A stretch of DNA of 64,000 nt from assembly GCF_009834535.1 (NCBI RefSeq), contig NC_045705.1, forward strand, positions 66,340,001 to 66,404,000. The letters are read 5' to 3'. The notes beneath the pieces were generated by a model that had not been told where the DNA came from, ran no database searches, and worked only from the letters and a program-made list of their open reading frames with translations. Source of the stretch: Camelus ferus (Eukaryota). Below, in pieces: positions 56,892 to 64,000 of this stretch (positions are counted from its first letter, which is position 1; each line of letters begins with the position of its first letter). A program made the translations under genes and the position numbers.

Positions 56892-59800
56892 TCACCGGAT
56901 CAGGTGGAAGGTCAACCAGTATATGATGAGGGGCTGGAAGGCTGCAGCTCCCAGAGTCAGGTAGAGCTGGAGACGTTGCCGGGGAGCCGGGCCACCCATG
57001 CTGTCAGGGCCCAGGGCTGCTGTTCGGAAAGAGCGAACCTGGAAGACAGGAGAGAGCTGAAGCTGGCTCAGGACAGGGGGACTTGTCCCCAGCTCCAACC
57101 CCAGGGGAAGAGGGGCCAACCCCAGACTCACGATGAAGTACATGAGCGCAGACGAAGTCCAGGCCAGTGCCACATAGTAGCCATCACTGCCAAAGAGCAG
57201 GCCAGTCAGAACACTGAGGATCATCCTGCAGGGGGTGGGGTGGGGGAGGGAGGAAGAGAAAGTTGGAGACCTCTCAAGGGTCCAGGCCTGAGACTGACAC
57301 CACCTGTCAGGCCCTAGGGCCTAGCCTAGACCCCACCTACCATCACCAGGGCCCTTTACTCCCAATCTGCCCCTACAGGGACATAGACTCAAAATGAATC
57401 TGGAAGGGCAGGACTCAGCCCAAGGACCTGGATCTGAGACCTCCTTCACTACCCCAGCTCAAGGCCCCTCTCCCCTGTGCTCCCAGGGTGACTCTCAATA
57501 CATTCCTGACCTCTTGCACAGCACTACACAGTTCCTGGGGAGTGTGCTGAAAACAGACGGGCCCTCTACTGGAGAAGAGCTGGAGGCCCAGAGGGGATCA
57601 GAGGGTGTCCACAGTCACAATTCGAGGGTACAGCTATGCAGGCCGGCAACCCAGGGTGGCAGGCACCCCCCCACCCAGATCAGCCTCCCGCTTGGCCCAC
57701 AGGTGCTCACCCCACATATTTGTAGCCGCTGTAGGCCAGCAGGTGGAAGGTGCTCAGGTCACTGCGCACGGTGGCCAGGTAGATGCCCAGGAGCAGGGCT
57801 AGTACCTCCAACACGACCCATACCAGCGCTGTGCTTGCACACAGGCCCAGCACCTCTGGGGAGAACCTGTGACCACGTTGGGGTGGGGTGAGGTGAGTTT
57901 AAAACCAGCCATCCTGTGGCAGGTGAGAGGCTGGGGGCATGGGGTGGACTTGGGAGCTGGCACAGATCCCCTAGGGAGGTGAGGAGTCAGGAGTGAGGAA
58001 GTGGTGGGAATGGGGAAGGGGCTGGCACTGACCTTTTCTGAATGCCCAGTGCCATCCCAGCCAACAGCACGTAGGTGATGAAGGCCATTGCTGCCAAGAG
58101 CCAGAGATGCCATCAGCCTAGTTTCCTCAACCAGAGCCTCCAACCCCAGGTATTCAGAGCCACTGACACCTCCAATTTCCCCCCTATACTTCCTTCCCTG
58201 TGGATCCCAACATGCCCAACCTCCACACTCAGCCCTGCCTGGGATGCCTCTCCCAGCTCAGCCCTCTCCTCCTGTGTAAATGCCACCTGGTCCTTCTCTC
58301 AGGACCACCAAACCACCTCCTTCCCTGTCCCTGTACTAGGAAACTCACCAGTTTCCTTTTGTGTCTCAGAAATTATATCACAGGCCAAGGTCATTGCTCA
58401 TCCAAGACCAACAGGTAGGGGCCAAAGTGATCTCAGGCAAGACTACAGGACTGAAATGCAGGCTCAGCAGACAACCCGTGCTGTCCCCGAGTCCAGGCCA
58501 TGGGGATGACCTCACCTCAGCCAGGAATTTTAAGTCTGGCCATGGGCACTGGCTACAGTTCTGGCCACACTGCCAATGCAGAGCTCCACATTTATGTCTG
58601 CTATTTTCACAAAACCTGAGATGGGAACTGGGCTTTCATAGCAATTTCAACTCATCAGTCCTGTCCTCTGCTCCCTGAAAGCACCAGAACTGACGTGCCC
58701 ACAAGAGGGCAGTCAGGAAACCAGCTCTACCACTATAAAGTGTGTGTGTGTGTGTGTGTGTGTCCTCAAAGATACACAAATCTGAGCTTTGGCTTCAACA
58801 TGTTAAAGCTGGGGGTGGCAGTTCCTGCCTTATGTGGTGACTATGACAGGGACACAGAATGGAAGGAAGAAGAACTTGTGTTCCTCCCAGGGCACGTGGG
58901 CTGGCTGGCTGCCCTCACTACCACCGGCTGCCCTCCTGGAAGCCCTTCTGAGGGCTGGTCTGGGCACACTCACTCCTAATCCAGCGTGTCCCCCATGGGC
59001 CACGCCTTGTGCAGGCCCCAGGACTCAGAGGAGTCAGATGCAGCGTCTGCCAGCCACCACACAGGGTGGGCAGCCTGACCCAGGCCATGTGAACAGGCAG
59101 TTGTGGGAACACAGAAGGGAGTAACCACTTCCTCAGAGGAGGGGACATTGGAGCAGTCCTTGGGGGACAAGTCATAACAATGGTAATAGCTAATATTTAC
59201 TGCAGGCTTCCTGGGTGCCAGGTGCTGTGCTGAGCACACATCACCTTACTGAGTTTCCACAACAATCCTTTGTGGTAGGACTTGTTGTTATTCTGGTTTT
59301 TCAAAAGCATGAAAGTAGCCACCTGAGGTCCCATAGCTTGAAGGTGAAAGGCCAGGTCTAAACCCAGGGCTCCAGGCTGGGGAAGGACAAGGTCTAAGTC
59401 TAAATGGCAGGAAGGTCTCAAAAGGGAGGACCCTGAGGGCACTGAAGGCACAGCCAGGAAGCTGCTTACTGATCACCCTACTCTGTCTACCTGGTCTGCC
59501 TGGTGTCTAGTGACACTACCAAAGCCACACACAAAAACACAAAGAGCAGATGCTGAATAAATACGTGAGACTCTCTCTTCTCGCTGGTGCCTCAAGGCAC
59601 ATGTCCCTCCACACCCCCCAACCCACGTCAAAGACTCACTGGGAATATAGAGGTCAGGGGCATTGAGGTCTTGCCGCGGGGGCAGAGGCACATCACGACT
59701 GTACTGCACTTCCCAGTTCTGGTGGTAGCAGCAGCAGCCAGGTTAGGAGGAAAAGACCAGAAGAGAGGAAAGAAGGGGGTTGAGATCTGGCGGTCAGACT

Positions 59801-61069
59801 GTGGGGCAGGATGAGGGAGGCAAGGGGGCCCACCAGCTCACCTGGTAGGTGGCTCACCTGGTGTGTGTAGGGGAAGACCAGCAGCCCTAGCTTCTTGGCC
59901 ACATAGGCTGTGTCCACAGCGAAAAAATACTTCAGTTTGTTCACAGACACAAAACGGTGTAGCTGTGAGGGGAGAGAAGAGGCTGTGGGCAAGCTGCACC
60001 CCAAACCTCAAGGTGTTCCTCTGTGTGCTCTTTCCCTGAGGGGTGCTGTGATTATTAGGTGGATCCCGTGATGCCCCAGCCCTGGCCAGAAATCCTGCCA
60101 CCCTTGCCCCAGGGGTGGGCCACACCTCCTTGTGCACCATGTCCTTCCCATGGGATGCGATGGAGCTGCCATAGGCCATAGCCACGTTGGCCACTGGGTC
60201 CCCAAGCAAGTGGTTGACATTGAAGGCCACTTCGGCTCCTGGGGCTGGGTATCCCCCTGGCTGGCTGGAGTAACCACCGCTTGTGTCATCGAAGAGGGGA
60301 GGGGGATCCGGAGCTGCCCGGACCCTGTGCTTGGAGCCTATAGGTTTGTAGGTACCAGAGTAGGTGACAGAAATATCAAGCATGAGTCCAAGCCACCATC
60401 CCTTCCCCAAGCTGGGCAGCCCTGTATGGGTCCTGGGAACACCAAGCAATCAGAGAGGGAAACTAGCTTGGATGGGGGGCTGGGTAGCTAACCCAGAAGA
60501 ACTTTAATGAGGGATCTTTTGGAGTGGTGATAAATGTGGGCAAAGAAAGAGCTGAGGCAGCTGCTCCTGGAAGTGATCGCTCGCCTGAGGGTTCCTGGGG
60601 GCCTCCTCAAGGGAAATGATCTCTGAACTGAGCCTTGGAGACTTGAGTAGAAGTTTGCTAGGTGAAGAGAGAAGGGAGGGCATCCCCACATGAACGATGT
60701 GGGAAAGGCGACGGCTGGGTACTCGGAGGCCCTGGGCAGCGGTCAAGAATCCCACCAGGGTCATGACAGGGAAGGAAGTTTGGGAGGCAGGCCCCATCCA
60801 TGCCCGAGTCGGGCACGGGGATCCCAGCACTACTGTCACCACCCGATCTGATCTCATTTGGGCCGAGAGGGCGAAGTCCGGGGCGTGTTGCCGAGTCTCA
60901 CCCGGCAGGAACCCGAAAGACATCTGCCGCCTTGGGCAGTGCTCACGGTCGCCCCTCTCCCTTAGGGTGAGCGGGCCGCGCCGCCGACCCTCCTTCAGCG
61001 GGTCGGTCCGCGCCCCGCCCGCCCCGCGCCTCACGCACCGTGGGCTCCGTAGCCCGAGTGATAAGCCAT
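56892..61069 (-). CDS. YIF1A: Yip1-interacting factor homolog A
   Basis: Minus-strand exons 61039-61069, 60126-60337, 59858-59962, 59640-59718, 58033-58090, 57711-57866, 57132-57225, 56892-57038 (TGA). Sum 882 nt = 293 aa + stop. Starts [14 protein letters not shown], contains [17 protein letters not shown] and [10 protein letters not shown] (Yip1-domain motifs), and ends [14 protein letters not shown]. Confidence 0.98.
58740..58763. repeat. (GT)12 microsatellite in YIF1A intron 4
   Basis: Direct reading of the sequence. Confidence 0.95.
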
Positions 61070-61930
61070 GGCCCCGACGCTCGCTGTCTCCGAGGGCCCG
61101 CTGCGCCGCCTTGTGGGTACGAATACTAGTGAGGCAGCTGCTCCGTTCCCTAAGCACCGACCGAGGTTACCGAACAGCCCGACACGTCCCCGAATTGTCG
61201 GAGCACAGCAGCCATGTCCGTAGCGTCATCCTCTGCCGCCTGCCATTGGCTCCTCGGAGGCACAGGCTTCCCTACTCCCCTCTCCCAATTGGCTACTGGC
61301 GCACCCTCGCCGAAGCGGATTCGGTAATAGTCAACTTCCGGGCAGCGGAATAAGCGGAGCAATTTGAGGCACTCTCGGATTGGATAATGGTTGTTAGTTC
61401 GCGGCCGGAGTAGCAATAGATGGGTTAAGGTAGGAGGGTGTTGAGAATTATTTCCGCGCCTGCGCAGTGGGGGCACTTGACGCTCGCCGTGCCACGACTA
61501 CAGCAGGCAGAGACCTGGCGGAGACAGGCGGCGGCTGGAATCCGGGAACGAAGCTTCACTCGCAGGACTTACTCCAGGAGGGAATGGGGGTGGTGGGGCC
61601 CCATTGTGACCAAGCCCTGTCCCTCTGGGCTCTTGTCCCTCTCTCTCAATGCTAGCTTTCCTTCTCCGCCCTCCATATTTCTCCCAGTCCTGGCTCTGAG
61701 CTCGGGTATCCCGGGCGGGTGTTGGTAGGCGGCCGGGCCGAGCAGTCACAGCGCGGCTAAGCGAGTTCCTGGATGCTGACTCCTCCTCCCGCCTCCCACC
61801 CCTCTATTCCGCGCGGGTGCTGTCCGTTGTCTTGGTGCTGAAATGCCCTACCGCCACTACTGCCATTCTGCAGACCCTGGGACCTGCTGCTGATCTCGAT
61901 GAGAGCGCGCGCTCGCGAACACATGCACAC
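60690..61930 (-). promoter_or_regulatory. YIF1A CpG island promoter
   Basis: CpG-rich around exon 1; CCAAT boxes (about 61245 and 61286), ETS-like ACTTCCGG (about 61334-61341) and NRF1 GCGCCTGCGCA (61456-61466). Confidence 0.8.
61816..61842 (-). promoter_or_regulatory. Non-canonical (wide-spacer) RE1/NRSE, candidate REST site
   Basis: Minus strand reads TTCAGCACC-AAGACAAC-GGACAGCACC: both RE1 half-sites with an 8-nt rather than 2-nt spacer. Confidence 0.65.
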
Positions 61931-62289
61931 GCACACACACGCCACATACTGAAAACCTGAGGTTCAGATCTGAAGTCCCAGAAACAGAGTGGTAATAGTT
62001 GGGATAGGATCCTGCACCAGTCTCGGCCCTTTAACTCTCTTGTAGTCCAGCTGATTTGTGGGTAGAGGTGTGCTGATTCTTCTCCTGAAGCTGCTGTTGA
62101 AACTCCTGAGTCATTGCCAGCCCTGCAGTCATCTCAAAGTGAGACCCCCAAGCCTCATTCATAATCTCAGGGGCTCCTTTCTCTCATTCCCACCTTCCCC
62201 AAAGACAGTCTTTGGGGGCCTCCCTTCTCACAGACCTCCAGACACTTTCTACAGAGGAGATCCTCTGCAACCTGCCTCTAGTTAGCTAC

Positions 62290-62655
62290 CCAGTGTCCAA
62301 TTACACCAGGTGACCTTCCTGTTCTTCAAACTCAATCCATGTGGTCCAATCACAGTGCCTTTGCCCAGAAGTTCCCTCCACCTGAAGTGCCCTTCCCCTC
62401 CATATCCACTTATTTAAAACCTAGATAAATCCTTTAAGAGTCAGTTCAACTTGTGTCTCTCAGGGCGATAAAGGGAACAGAGTCCTGACCCGGCTTGGGG
62501 AGGAGGCTGGAGGCCAGATTCTAGGCTTCCTCTCTGTACAGTGGTTTGTCATTCTCCACTTCTACCTTTATCTTCACAATGCCAAACACAGTACTTGCAT
62601 ATAGAAGGCACACAATAAACATCTGTGACCAGTAAGTAAAAAATAAATGGATGAA
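62290..62655 (+). mobile_element. L2 LINE 3' end
   Basis: GTGCCTTTGCCCAG...GTGCCCTTCCCC...CACACAATAAACATCTG...AATGGATGAA. Confidence 0.6.
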
Positions 62656-63299
62656 ACTCTGGGTCAGTCCTTTCCTCTATCATTTCTGTTACCCCATCTT
62701 TAAATGGGTAGGGATATTGAACCAAATGGTCTATGTGTTGCTCTTTGGGGAAAAAAAATCACGAAACAAAACAAAACCCACCTAGCTTTGCAGCTGCCTA
62801 TGTCCTACCCACTGATTGTCTACCTTGGGGGCTAGGCCCTGACCCAGGGGCAGATGTGATGATCTGAGGCTCCTAAGGACCAGGGAGCAGCACTGGGTCC
62901 ACCGGTACCTGGGAGGGAGTCCTCTCGTGCAGGACAAATCCTGCATGATGAATGTGCATTGAACCCAACACTTTTCCATCCCCATTTCTCAGGTGGGAAA
63001 ACTGAGGTTTGGGGTGCAGCGTGCCAACTCAAGGCCACAAAGCCTAGGGCTCGGGTGTCCTGGCCTCCTGTTTGCCTGCTGTATGTGGAGTCCAGCGCCT
63101 CTGTCAAGCCGATGAGACTCACCACACCTTTCAGGGCTGTAAATGCCACCTCTACCACAAGGGAGGCTTCAGGGGTGGGGTCTAGGTGGGCTTAGGCCTG
63201 GACTTACTCCTCAAAGATGAGACCCCGCGGATCCCTACCCATCTATGAGTTCCCTCTCCTCATTTTACTGCAGGGATAACTCAGGCCCCAGAGAGCAAG

Positions 63300-64000
63300 G
63301 ACTCGTCCAAGGTCGCAAGCTAGAGTGCGGCAGGAGGGGAACCCAGGCGTCCGTCCGCCCAGCCAGGGTTTCTGGGGGCGGGTGCCGCGCCCGTGGTGCC
63401 AGGCGCTGCCAGCGGAGCCGCGGGTGCCTCGGGGGCGGGGTCAGCAGAGGGCGGGGCGCCGGGCACCGCTGCCGCCAACGCCGTCGCCGCCGCCGCCGCG
63501 CTCGGGCTCGAGCTCCGCGCACTCCCTCCGCGGCCGCTGAGCCGAGCGGACGCCCTTCGGGGCCGCGCCGCAGCCCTCCGCGTTCCCCTCTATCATGCCC
63601 CGGGCCCGGGCGGCGGCCGCCCAAGCAGCCAGGACACCATGCCGGAGGGTGGCGGTGGCGACGGCGGGGAGGTGCCCGCGCTCATCCCGGACGGCGAGCC
63701 TCTGAGGGAAGAGGTACCGGCGCTGTGCGGTGGGGGCCGGAGCCGGGACTGGAGGCGGGGAGGGGGCAAGGGAAGGGCGAATCCGGGGCGAGGGCTGAGA
63801 AGGGAAGTCCAGAGCCCTTGTGGCCAATGACGTCATTGGGGTAGCTTGCGTCCTGCGAGGGGTCCCGGGGCCTAGGGCCCCGCGTGGGGGTAGGGGTGGG
63901 GTGGTTGGGAAGGGATGTGGGGGGTGACTCCCAATCCCGACGCCCCCTCATCCATCCTTGCCCTCCTATGACGTCAGCACCTGGCCCCTGCGCGTCCCCC
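63300..64000 (+). promoter_or_regulatory. TMEM151A CpG island, 5' leader and start of intron 1
   Basis: CpG-rich; interrupted GCC triplets at about 63468-63500; full CRE sites at 63828-63835 and 63969-63976. Confidence 0.75.
63639..63713 (+). CDS. TMEM151A: Transmembrane protein 151A, first coding exon (gene continues beyond the window)
   Basis: ACCATG start, MPEGGGGDGGEVPALIPDGEPLREE, then GAG|GTACCG donor. Matches the recalled TMEM151A N-terminus and the expected synteny after YIF1A. Confidence 0.88.

Noticed and set aside
61240-61500. ERSE/UPRE in the YIF1A promoter
   Set aside because: CCAAT and CCACG both occur, but not in the CCAAT-N9-CCACG or ATTGG-N-CCACG arrangement.
63973-63990. 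RE1 site at TCAGCACC in TMEM151A intron 1
   Set aside because: Only the left half-site is present; no GGACAG half appears before the window ends.

Overview
This is mammalian (eutherian, non-primate) genomic DNA from the gene-dense block syntenic to human 11q13.1-q13.2. It contains the 3' part of PACS1 (+, 19 exons), all of KLC2 (+), RAB1B (+), CNIH2 (+) and YIF1A (-), and the first coding exon of TMEM151A (+). All visible splice junctions are GT-AG. Exon sums reproduce the expected protein lengths: KLC2 622 aa, YIF1A 293 aa, and RAB1B 201 aa and CNIH2 160 aa once gap-hidden exons are added. Four short N-runs each cover coding sequence: part of KLC2 exon 3, probably RAB1B exon 1, and CNIH2 exons 1 and 4. 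A tRNA-Ala-derived SINE resembling the camelid Vic-1 family, with no recognisable Alu, B1 or Bov-A elements, suggests a camelid (inference). Other repeats are old MIR, L2, L1, L3/CR1 and MER5/MER20 remnants, with approximate boundaries. I see no prokaryotic-type system, CRISPR array or clearly novel protein-coding gene. The most interesting unexplained signals are regulatory: a non-canonical wide-spacer RE1/NRSE between YIF1A and TMEM151A; an RFX+CTCF cluster in CNIH2 intron 2; a perfect 16-bp CCAAT/CRE palindrome in TMEM151A intron 1; uORFs in the CNIH2 and TMEM151A leaders; a candidate cryptic terminal exon beside a (TG)n tract in PACS1; and a SINE copy that folds as a complete cloverleaf. 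Gene identities rest on recalled orthologue sequences, not a database search.
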